Below are positions 18,139 to 25,990 of a DNA stretch of 32,000 bases, in pieces. Source of the stretch: Nostoc sp. PCC 7120 = FACHB-418. GTDB taxonomy: Bacteria; Cyanobacteriota; Cyanobacteriia; Cyanobacteriales; Nostocaceae. The position numbers and the translations under genes are program-made. The first letter of the stretch is position 1. Each line of letters opens with the position of its first letter. The notes beneath the pieces are model-generated. The model did no database searches. It had not been told where the DNA came from and worked only from the letters and a program-made list of their open reading frames with translations. Where the stretch lies: positions 1,680,001 to 1,712,000 of the forward strand of contig NC_003272.1 in assembly GCF_000009705.1 (NCBI RefSeq), written 5' to 3'.

Positions 18139-18465
18139 CTAGCAAATGTACTTTGTGATATCCTCTCCACATTCATCAGCTAGATAAGATAAAGCGCGAA
18201 AACGCAATCCTACAAATTCGTCATACAAAGGATTGAGTTTACAGAATGCTGGAATATGGATCGTCCGCCCAAATAAATTAATGTCTCGCTCAAAAGGACA
18301 ACAGCAAGGAATTACCTGGCAAACAAGATGAGCGAAACGAGCATTTTTAACCGGAAAATTATCAACCCAACCACGCAAAGGACGAAGTACATCAAATGCA
18401 CCTGGTTTCTTATAGTTTGGTGGATGGAAATTAGGATGATGCTGATGAGTGTGAGTTGATGACAT
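18139..18465 (-). CDS. Mo-dependent nitrogenase C-terminal-domain family protein
   Basis: ...FAHLVCQVIPCCCPFERDINLFGRTIHIPAFCKLNPLYDEFVGLRFRALSYLADECGEDITKYIC is the relevant sequence. I start it at MSSTHTHQHH (ATG 18465) because the 27 upstream codons of the track ORF are a translation of the STRR repeat. The family name is from memory. Confidence 0.7.
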   Translation of the reverse strand: MSSTHTHQHHPNFHPPNYKKPGAFDVLRPLRGWVDNFPVKNARFAHLVCQVIPCCCPFERDINLFGRTIHIPAFCKLNPLYDEFVGLRFRALSYLADECGEDITKYIC

Positions 18466-18500
18466 ACTAAGGAACTTAAAATGAATAGAGTATTTAGACG

Positions 18501-18708
18501 GGTGTAGGGGTATAGGGGTGTAGGGGTATAGGGGAGAAACAAACAATTGATTTGTAGCTATTTCATTGTCTTGTTTAATTTATTCCCTTACACTCCTACC
18601 CCCTTACACCCTCACACCCAAACTGATGATTAGATATTGGGTACTGGGGACTGGAAGGGACTGGGAAGATAATATTCCTAGTACCCAATACCCAATCCCC
18701 AGTCCCTA
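18501..18708. repeat. Two nested pairs of inverted STRR-type repeat arrays between nifK and the downstream gene
   Basis: Pair A is GGTGTAGGGGTATAGGGG.. (18501-18536) against ..CCCTTACACTCCTACCCCCTTACACCC.. (18584-18620). Pair B is TTGGGTACTGGGGACTGG.. (18637-18668) against ..CCTAGTACCCAATACCCAATCCCCAGTCCC (18678-18708). Confidence 0.7.
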
Positions 18709-18742
18709 AGTTCTACCTTTCAATGGCACGCTGCATTAATTT

Positions 18743-20281
18743 CTAGCGGATCAAGTCAAAGGAGATATCGGTCTTACCAGTGATGTTGGTGCTGCGATCC
18801 ATTTCATCCAACAGGGTGTTAACAACCCAGTTGAGGATATTTAGACCACCTTGGTAGCCGAGGGTAGAATAGCGGTGTAAGTGGTGGCGATCGAAGAGAG
18901 GATAACCAATCCGCACCATTGGGATGCTGGTATCGCGCCACAGGTACTTACCGTAGGAGTTACCGATGAAGAAGTCTACAGGCTCGGTGAACAACAAGGA
19001 ACGGAAGTGCCACAAGTCTTTTTGAATCCAGACTTTAGCTTCTTTACCAAATGGGCTAGCAGCGAGGATAGCTTCCATTTCTTTCTTGAAGGTGTCATCA
19101 CCGTTGTTGCAGAGGATGTGTACTGGTTCAGCACCCATTTCTAACAAGAAGCTGGTGATGGAGATGATCAAATCTGGATCGCCGTAGATAGCGAACTTCT
19201 TACCATGAATCCAAGCGTAGGAGTCAGTGATAGCATCAACTAAACGACCGCGTTCGATTTCCAATTCTTCAGGAATAGCTTTACCGGTCAATTCAGAAAC
19301 AGCAGTCAAGAACTCGTCAGTACCCTTAACACCGAAGGGGCGCAATACTTGTGTTTCTTGCTTCCACTGGGTTTTGATGTATTCGCGGGTCTTAGGTGTG
19401 GTGTAAGCTTGGAGAGCAACAGTTGCTTTAGCGTTGATAGAATCAGCCGCATCTTCCAGCTTTGTACCACCTGGGTACATTTCGTATTCACCCATGTTAG
19501 GTGAATCAAAGTAGTCGCTGCTGTCAGACAGGATGGTGTAGTCAACACCCATTACACCCATCATCCGCTTCAATTCGCGGTTGTTACCTACATAGGTATC
19601 AAAACCAGGAATGAAGTTAATTTTGCCGTTGCTGGTAGCTTTCTTCTTACCTTCTGTCAAGTTAGACAGAATACCCTTCATCATGTTGTCGTAGCCAGTG
19701 ATGTGGGAACCAACAAAGCTAGGTGTGTGAGCAAAGGGTACGGGGAAATCTTGAGGAATAGAACCAGCGTTCTTGGAGTTGGTGATGAACGCGCCCAAGT
19801 CATCTCCGATAACTTCCGCCATACAGGTGGTGCAAACAGCAATCATCTTAGGCTTGTACAGTTGGTATGAAACCTGCATACCTTCGATCATGTTGTTCAA
19901 ACCACCGAATACTGCTGCATCTTCTGTCATGGAAGAAGATACTGCGGAGCAAGGCTCTTTGTAGTGACGGCTGAGGTGTGTACGGAAGTAAGCAACGCAA
20001 CCTTGAGAACCTTGTACGAAAGGTAGAGTACCTTCAAAACCCAAAGCAGCGAACATCGCGCCTACAGGTTGGCAACCTTTAGCAGGGTTAACGGTTAAAG
20101 CTTCACGAGCGAAGTTCTTTTCCCGGTAGTCCCAAGATTTTGTCCATTCAGACACTCTTTCAACTTCTTCAGGAGGATGAGCGCCTTCAAAGTTCTTTCT
20201 CTTGTTTTCAAATAGCTCGGTGTATTCTGGCTGTTTGAATAGATCAACGTGGTCTACAGTTCTTTCTGGATTCTGAGGCAT
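18743..20281 (-). CDS. nifK: Nitrogenase molybdenum-iron protein beta chain
   Basis: The 512-aa sequence includes GCQPVGAMFAALGFEGTLPFVQGSQGCVAYFRTHLSRHYKEP, CTTCMAEVIGDDL and HTPSFVGSHITGYDNM, which are canonical NifK motifs. Confidence 0.97.
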   Translation of the reverse strand: MPQNPERTVDHVDLFKQPEYTELFENKRKNFEGAHPPEEVERVSEWTKSWDYREKNFAREALTVNPAKGCQPVGAMFAALGFEGTLPFVQGSQGCVAYFRTHLSRHYKEPCSAVSSSMTEDAAVFGGLNNMIEGMQVSYQLYKPKMIAVCTTCMAEVIGDDLGAFITNSKNAGSIPQDFPVPFAHTPSFVGSHITGYDNMMKGILSNLTEGKKKATSNGKINFIPGFDTYVGNNRELKRMMGVMGVDYTILSDSSDYFDSPNMGEYEMYPGGTKLEDAADSINAKATVALQAYTTPKTREYIKTQWKQETQVLRPFGVKGTDEFLTAVSELTGKAIPEELEIERGRLVDAITDSYAWIHGKKFAIYGDPDLIISITSFLLEMGAEPVHILCNNGDDTFKKEMEAILAASPFGKEAKVWIQKDLWHFRSLLFTEPVDFFIGNSYGKYLWRDTSIPMVRIGYPLFDRHHLHRYSTLGYQGGLNILNWVVNTLLDEMDRSTNITGKTDISFDLIR

Positions 20282-20326
20282 TGTTGTATCTCTCTACGCT
20301 TGCTGGTTGGTTTGTAAGTGATGAGT

Positions 20327-20467
20327 GAGGATAGCCTGGGAGGTTCACTCCCCCTCAAGGTAGTAACGAGTGATGAATCATGAATAATGAATAAAAATCT
20401 TCATCCAGCATTCAGCATTCACCATTCTTCCCTGGGTTCCTGGGGCAACAACCCCAGGCTATCCCTC
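20327..20467. repeat. Structured nifD-nifK spacer with a long-range inverted repeat, inner hairpin and heptamer-like repeats
   Basis: GAGGATAGCCTGGG (20327-20340) pairs with CCCAGGCTATCCCTC (20453-20467) with one bulge. The inner hairpin is CCTGGGG-CAACAA-CCCCAGG (20439-20458). GTGATGAATCATGAATAATGAAT lies opposite TTCATCCAGCATTCAGCATTCACC. Confidence 0.55.
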
Positions 20468-20480
20468 TATTTACCTGGAA

Positions 20481-20622
20481 TTAGGCAGCAGCCTTAGCCT
20501 TTGCAGCCGCTTTCTTCCAAGGAGCGCCAATCAAGCTCCAAGTTGGGCTGTTGAGGGCTAAATCCATGTCACGGGCGAAGATAGCGAATCCGTCGTAACC
20601 GTGATAAGGGCCGGAGTAATCC
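20481..20622 (-). CDS. nifD: Nitrogenase MoFe protein alpha chain, 3'-terminal segment (last 46 codons), separated from the rest of the gene by the nifD element
   Basis: Manual reverse translation gives (D)[45 protein letters not shown]. The stop is at 20481-20483. There is no start codon, and the frame is continuous with the segment at 31901-32000 once the element is removed. Confidence 0.92.
20612..20622. repeat. Left (nifK-proximal) 11-bp recombination core of the nifD element
   Basis: CGGAGTAATCC on the + strand (GGATTACTCCG in the nifD sense) is identical to 31901-31911 and in direct orientation. Confidence 0.92.
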
Positions 20623-20652
20623 TTTTTGTGGTTTAATGGCTTTCAACAGCTT

Positions 20653-20705
20653 AATGTTTGCACTGAGCAGTGTTAGTGATGAACATTGTTTGCTGATAAC
20701 ACATT
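20653..20705 (+). promoter_or_regulatory. xisA upstream regulatory region with candidate NtcA (VF1/BifA) binding sites
   Basis: Two TGT-N9-ACA palindromes are present: TGTTAGTGATGAACA (20671-20685) and TGTTTGCTGATAACA (20687-20701). Three ACATT/AATGT pentamers lie at 20653-20657, 20683-20687 and 20701-20705. Published footprinting reported three adjacent factor-binding sites upstream of xisA. My mapping onto these exact bases is inference. Confidence 0.5.
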
Positions 20706-20740
20706 AATTTTTAGGCTAAATATAGGCTAATACCACAGCG

Positions 20741-22159
20741 ATGCAAAATCAGGGTCAAGACAAATATCAACAAGCCTTTGCAGACTTAGAGCCACTTTCA
20801 TCTACCGACGGCAGTTTTCTCGGCTCAAGTCTGCAAGCACAGCAGCAAAGAGAACACATGAGAACAAAAGTACTACAAGACCTAGACAAGGTAAATCTGC
20901 GTTTGAAGTCTGCAAAGACGAAAGTCTCAGTTCGAGAATCTAACGGAAGTCTGCAATTACGAGCAACGTTACCAATTAAACCTGGAGATAAGGACACCAA
21001 CGGTACAGGCAGAAAGCAATACAATCTCAGCTTGAATATCCCTGCAAACTTGGATGGACTGAAGACGGCTGAGGAAGAAGCTTATGAATTAGGTAAATTA
21101 ATCGCTCGGAAAACCTTTGAATGGAATGATAAATATTTAGGCAAAGAAGCCACTAAAAAAGATTCACAAACAATAGGTGATTTACTAGAAAAATTTGCAG
21201 AAGAGTATTTTAAAACCCATAAACGCACCACTAAAAGCGAACATACCTTTTTTTACTATTTTTCCCGCACCCAACGATATACCAATTCCAAAGATTTAGC
21301 AACGGCGGAAAATCTCATCAATTCAATTGAGCAAATCGATAAAGAATGGGCGAGATATAATGCCGCCAGAGCCATATCAGCTTTTTGCATAACATTCAAT
21401 ATAGAAATTGATTTGTCCCAGTATTCCAAAATGCCTGATCGCAATTCGCGCAACATCCCCACAGATGCAGAAATACTATCAGGAATTACCAAATTTGAAG
21501 ACTATCTAGTTACCAGAGGAAATCAAGTTAATGAAGATGTAAAAGATAGCTGGCAACTTTGGCGCTGGACATATGGAATGTTAGCAGTTTTTGGTTTACG
21601 CCCCAGGGAAATTTTTATTAACCCTAATATTGATTGGTGGTTAAGCAAAGAGAATATAGACCTCACATGGAAAGTAGACAAAGAATGTAAAACTGGTGAA
21701 AGACAAGCATTACCCTTACATAAAGAATGGATTGATGAGTTTGATTTAAGAAATCCGAAATATTTAGAAATGCTGGCAACAGCAATTAGTAAAAAAGATA
21801 AAACAAATCATGCTGAAATAACAGCCTTAACTCAGCGTATTAGTTGGTGGTTTCGGAAAGTCGAATTAGATTTTAAACCCTATGATTTACGTCACGCCTG
21901 GGCAATTAGAGCGCATATTTTAGGCATACCAATCAAAGCGGCGGCTGATAATTTGGGGCATAGTATGCAGGTTCATACACAAACCTATCAGCGCTGGTTC
22001 TCGCTAGATATGCGGAAGTTAGCGATTAATCAGGCTTTGACTAAGAGGAATGAATTTGAGGTGATTAGGGAGGAGAATGCTAAATTGCAGATAGAAAATG
22101 AAAGGTTGAGGATGGAAATTGAGAAGTTAAAGATGGAAATAGCTTATAAGAATAGTTGA
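20741..22159 (+). CDS. xisA: Site-specific tyrosine recombinase (excisase) of the nifD element
   Basis: The 472-aa sequence has a C-terminal catalytic region, ...YDLRHAWAIRAHILGIPIKAAADNLGHSMQVHTQTYQRW, carrying the R/H-x-x-R/H/Y residues of phage-integrase-family enzymes. It lies 118 bp inside the left repeat. The C-terminal tail is a coiled coil (ENAKLQIENERLRMEIEKLKMEI). Confidence 0.95.
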   Translation: MQNQGQDKYQQAFADLEPLSSTDGSFLGSSLQAQQQREHMRTKVLQDLDKVNLRLKSAKTKVSVRESNGSLQLRATLPIKPGDKDTNGTGRKQYNLSLNIPANLDGLKTAEEEAYELGKLIARKTFEWNDKYLGKEATKKDSQTIGDLLEKFAEEYFKTHKRTTKSEHTFFYYFSRTQRYTNSKDLATAENLINSIEQIDKEWARYNAARAISAFCITFNIEIDLSQYSKMPDRNSRNIPTDAEILSGITKFEDYLVTRGNQVNEDVKDSWQLWRWTYGMLAVFGLRPREIFINPNIDWWLSKENIDLTWKVDKECKTGERQALPLHKEWIDEFDLRNPKYLEMLATAISKKDKTNHAEITALTQRISWWFRKVELDFKPYDLRHAWAIRAHILGIPIKAAADNLGHSMQVHTQTYQRWFSLDMRKLAINQALTKRNEFEVIREENAKLQIENERLRMEIEKLKMEIAYKNS

Positions 22160-22352
22160 ATTTTATAAAAATAATCTGCTCAATGCTTACAGTAAAAAAA
22201 GCTTTAAATAATATTTAAAAAAAATACAATCATAAAATATGAGTAATTAATATCTTAAAAGTATTTTATATTGAGCAAGGTAAGTATAATGAATAAAAGA
22301 GATTCTTATATTTTAGTATTAATCTTTGTTTAAAGAGATAAATAAAGAATTT

Positions 22353-23375
22353 ATGAGTACTGTTGGAATTTTTGGGGGAAGAGGTACTTCAGAAGAAAGC
22401 CATCTTCAGAATGCTAGATGCCAATATATGGTTCTTGATGAGGTAGATGTTGCAATAACGAATGAATACCGTCGCTTTAAATTTCTCATTTTTCCATCAC
22501 GATTATTTACATTTGCTAGGATATGTGCTAATGCAATTAATAATAATATAGCTTTTCCAACTTGCATGGAGCGATTTTTGGAACGTGGAGGACGCATCCT
22601 TTTTTGTCCTCCATCTCAACTACCAACTGACTATTGGTACCATGAAGAACGTACTTGCTTACTAATAAACTGGTTACCAGTTGGAACTTTAAAGTTACAT
22701 CAAGGCTCTAGACGTAAACAAACAGTCTCTATTCAAGTACAACAGCCCGATCACCCTATTTGTAACGACCTTACGGGCAAAGAGAAAGTTGATCTGTATA
22801 GTTACTTTTCATTTGAGGGAATATTGAACGCTGAGGTGCTTATTTCGAGCAGAAGAGGTACACCTTTAATCACCACAATACCATTTGGTGCAGGATTTGT
22901 TCTTGTTAGTGCTATAGACTTGCCCTTTCTCCACCCAGATTTTCCTAGTAGTGATGCTACAAGCCTATTTCATAACATTCTTCATTGGGGTCAAGAAGTT
23001 CCTAGTATAGCCGTCACTTTTAATTCATTAGTAACGCGTGTCTTAACTCATGTAGGGAGTCATGAAGCTCACCTTATGGAAAGGGCGGATCAAGCAATAT
23101 TAGCATGTCGGTATAGCGAAGCTTGCGACTACGCATTCAGAGCATTCGAGAGAATTTTACGTTTTAAGGCTGGAAGTACAAAAACATTAAATGACGCTAT
23201 TGATCAACTTTTTCCAAAAACAAGTTCACAAAATAGTTTTTGTCATGGAGTAAGAATTACACGTAATGCATCCGCTCATGGTACTCGTTTACCAGAGGAA
23301 GTTACTATTGAGGAAACTGAATGTTTATTCAGTTCAATAAAATTTATTCTTTCTGGATTGTTAGCAGATCCGTAG
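22353..23375 (+). CDS. Two-domain hypothetical protein: unknown N-terminal domain plus a C-terminal DUF4145/HEPN-like domain
   Basis: The C-terminal ~110 aa (...ILACRYSEACDYAFRAFERILRF...LNDAIDQL...HGVRITRNASAHG...TIEETECLFSSIKFIL) fits the DUF4145 pattern. It contains an R-x4-H motif, RNASAH, at 23262-23279. I start it at ATG 22353 (MSTVGIFGG); the track uses an upstream TTG at 22326. The region is visibly AT-rich. Confidence 0.6.
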   Translation: MSTVGIFGGRGTSEESHLQNARCQYMVLDEVDVAITNEYRRFKFLIFPSRLFTFARICANAINNNIAFPTCMERFLERGGRILFCPPSQLPTDYWYHEERTCLLINWLPVGTLKLHQGSRRKQTVSIQVQQPDHPICNDLTGKEKVDLYSYFSFEGILNAEVLISSRRGTPLITTIPFGAGFVLVSAIDLPFLHPDFPSSDATSLFHNILHWGQEVPSIAVTFNSLVTRVLTHVGSHEAHLMERADQAILACRYSEACDYAFRAFERILRFKAGSTKTLNDAIDQLFPKTSSQNSFCHGVRITRNASAHGTRLPEEVTIEETECLFSSIKFILSGLLADP

Positions 23376-23430
23376 TTATGTTTGTATCTCTAATGATGTG
23401 AGCATACTGATTTAGTAGCAAGTAGCAATT

Positions 23431-23490
23431 AGGGTGCGTCAGCTTGGATATACATTTCATCATGAATATTAATTAACGCTGACGCACCCT
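23431..23490. repeat. Dispersed hairpin repeat (second copy of the AGGGTGCGTCAG family)
   Basis: The arms are AGGGTGCGTCAGC (23431-23443) and GCTGACGCACCCT (23478-23490). The same arms occur at 413-473, outside the element. Confidence 0.55.
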
Positions 23491-23674
23491 ACAGAATAAT
23501 TTTTGAGAAGAAAGTGTTAGCGTAATTTACCGTAGGTATCACCCCAAAAAAAACAAGCATAAAGTTGCAGATATATCCACAGGTGATCGCGTAAACAGCT
23601 GATCGCAACAACATAAAATACAATAAAACATAATACACACAAAGCCTGTTATTCCCTTTTGTGAGGCAGTCTTA

Positions 23675-24235
23675 ATGGTACAGACCCCATCCAAACCCAT
23701 CACATTAGACGAGTTCCTGAAATTACCAGCAACAGAACCCGCCAGTGAATATATAGAAGGTAAGATTATCCAAAAACCTATGCCGCAAGGAAAGCACAGT
23801 GCAATTCAAGGCGAATTTGTACCTGTTATTAATAGTGTAGTTAAACCTCAACGTATCGCTCGTGCTTTTCCTGAACTGCGTTGTACATTTGTCGGTCGTT
23901 CAACTGTACCTGATATTTCCGTCTTTATTTGGAGTCGGATTCCCCGTGAAGAGAATGGGGAAATTGCTAATAATTTTTCTATTGCTCCCGATTGGACAAT
24001 TGAAATTTTATCACCTGACCAAAGTCAGACGAAAGTAACCAAAAATATCCTGCATTGTTTGAAACATGGTACTCAAATGGGTTGGTTAATTGACCCCGAT
24101 GAGCAAACTGTATTTGTTTACCATCCTCAACAAGAAACTGAAGTATTTGATGAGCCAGATGCACTCATAGCTGTACCATCATTTGCGAGTGAACTTCAAT
24201 TGACTATTCAAGATTTGTTTAGTTGGTTGCTGTAG
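23675..24235 (+). CDS. Uma2-family (DUF820) PD-(D/E)xK putative endonuclease
   Basis: ITLDEFLKLP...EYIEGKIIQKPMPQGKHS...VPDISVF...APDWTIEILSPDQS...K...Y...G....WLIDPDEQTVFVY is the typical Uma2 layout. Confidence 0.8.
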   Translation: MVQTPSKPITLDEFLKLPATEPASEYIEGKIIQKPMPQGKHSAIQGEFVPVINSVVKPQRIARAFPELRCTFVGRSTVPDISVFIWSRIPREENGEIANNFSIAPDWTIEILSPDQSQTKVTKNILHCLKHGTQMGWLIDPDEQTVFVYHPQQETEVFDEPDALIAVPSFASELQLTIQDLFSWLL

Positions 24236-24262
24236 TGAAAGTTATCACTTTTCTAAGTTATT

Positions 24263-24829
24263 TTAATCGAAAATTACACCGCAATAAATTTCGGCGATCG
24301 CCAACTCTTTAGCAACTGATTCCAAGAAAATAGAACCCTCCAACCCGTTAAATTCACTCAGTAACCAGCCTTGGGTTTGCTTGCTGTAACGTTCCACGAA
24401 CGGCTCATCCTGCTCGATTAATAAATATTCCCTAAAAATCTGAATTGTCTGATACATCCGAAACTTGCTTTGGCGATCGTAATCTGCGGTAGATGGAGAT
24501 AAGACTTCAACAATTAAAATAGGATTTAACACTTCATCTAGTCGAGCCTCATTCAGTTGTGGTTCACCTGCAAAAACCATCACATCGAGATATAATCCCC
24601 GTCGATATTCAGGAATCCACAGTCGCAAATCGCTGTTAATTGGCTCGAATTGAGTATCTCACAGCACAGAGGTAAGATAAGTCAAAATATTTCGACTAAT
24701 ACGACTATGTTTGAGAGTTCCTCCAGGCATAGGCACTATTTCCCCATCTCGATATTCGCTGCGTCTTTCTGCTTTTTCCTCAAGAGCGCGATATTCATCC
24801 AAACTGTAGCGGCGCTTAGTAGAAACCAT
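24263..24829 (-). pseudogene. Uma2-family endonuclease gene interrupted by an in-frame TGA
   Basis: The reading frame from ATG 24829 gives MVSTKRRYSLDEYRALEEKAERRSEYRDGEIVPMPGGTLKHSRISRNILTYLTSVL, then TGA at 24659-24661. The same frame continues DTQFEPINSDLRLWIPEYRRGLYLDVMVFAG...VEVLSPSTADYDRQSKFRMY... to the stop at 24263. The ORF track only reports the part after the stop. Confidence 0.75.
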
Positions 24830-25062
24830 AGGTCGTAGCCCATCACGTCGGCTTTAGCACAACAATAACATTTTGTCACAGATTTAGTGACAATTTTATG
24901 CTGAGAATAAAATGCGGCAGTACGAAAGAAAGTAACTATAGCAGTTGTATTCCTCTCAATATTAAGAATACTGTGATATTACGTAGGTGCGTTTTCCGTT
25001 CTCCTGATTACAATTGTGAGATTATTTATCTTTTTATATTGGACAAGGGAGAAAACTGTGAA

Positions 25063-25728
25063 ATGGCTCTTACGGAAAAGATTATTGAATTAGTCCTTGA
25101 TAAAGTTTTGCTTGGTGGCATTGTTTTGGTAGCAGGTCACTGGCTTAACAAAAGGTTTGAGATATTTAAGAATGAAACTAATGAAAAGTATTACCAAAGG
25201 CAGCTAATTGCTGAACTGGAAAATCAACAGAAGCAACAAGTTTCTGAGCTAGAGAATGAGATTGCCATAGCTAGGCACAACGCAGAGATTAACTTGATAG
25301 AAAGACAAATATCTGAGTTTTACTGGCCTATATACTTGAGACTAGAAAAAGATAATGTCATGTGGAAGCGCATCAAGTCTTTAAGTCCTGAACAAAATGT
25401 TTTACCGGAAGCGGCGAGTGACGCTATAGAAAAAGAATTTATCCTGAAAAATCATCAAGAAATGGTTGAAATTATAGAATCCAAAATTCATTTAGCGGAA
25501 AATGCTAATAACAGCAAAGACTTGATTAATGAACTATTAAAATATATCAAACACGTCGCGGTATACAAAACAATTCGCTCTGTTAAAGAACTGCAAACAA
25601 TTAATCCAGTTGATTTAAATGAGCCTTTTCCTGACAAGCTTTTTCCCATGATTGAAAGTAACTTTCGGGAATTGCAGAATAGGTATGAGTATCTTAAAAA
25701 TGTTAAATTTGGAGAACTTAAGAAATAA
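25063..25728 (+). CDS. Hypothetical membrane-anchored coiled-coil protein (221 aa)
   Basis: I start it at ATG 25063, which is preceded by AAGGGAGA. The N-terminus is hydrophobic (KVLLGGIVLVAGHWL), followed by a coiled-coil-like segment (QRQLIAELENQQKQQVSELENEIAIARHNAEINLIERQ). I recognise no family. The 55 upstream codons in the track look non-coding. Confidence 0.55.
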   Translation: MALTEKIIELVLDKVLLGGIVLVAGHWLNKRFEIFKNETNEKYYQRQLIAELENQQKQQVSELENEIAIARHNAEINLIERQISEFYWPIYLRLEKDNVMWKRIKSLSPEQNVLPEAASDAIEKEFILKNHQEMVEIIESKIHLAENANNSKDLINELLKYIKHVAVYKTIRSVKELQTINPVDLNEPFPDKLFPMIESNFRELQNRYEYLKNVKFGELKK

Positions 25729-25990
25729 CTCAATTCAAAATTCCAAATAAAAACTATATTCCCTTGTGGGTGGAGTTTTTGTCAGTGACACGGTTGATCC
25801 GCGATCGCCTACAACCAACCAGATGTCATTGCCTAACTCGTCTTTTTATGAATTTTGGTAGTCTTTATTTTTAAATAGGTCTCAAAAAACTACTATTATT
25901 ATGTAATTACCGTAATAATTGCTTGCAAAATTTATTATTTATTACAAGCTTAAGCATTTATACTGACAAAAACGCCTTTAATTTAAAAAT

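Noticed and set aside
18312-18546. ORF 18312-18542(-) and the 27-codon N-terminal extension of ORF 18139-18546
   Set aside because: The PLYPYTPIPL-type sequence is simply a translation of the heptameric STRR array. The real gene most plausibly starts at ATG 18465.
15317-19964. Many 60-110-aa ORFs overlapping nifN, nifE and nifK on either strand (for example 15683-16012, 16585-16851, 18881-19144 and 19306-19548)
   Set aside because: All are embedded in strongly supported nif genes in other frames or strands. They show Arg/Ser/Pro-rich compositions typical of shadow ORFs.
20767-21492. Antisense ORFs within xisA (20767-21024 and 21256-21492)
   Set aside because: They lie inside the well-supported recombinase gene and have no features of their own.
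24650-24838. 62-aa + strand ORF
   Set aside because: It is antisense to the N-terminal part of the interrupted Uma2 gene, whose minus-strand translation shows clear family similarity.
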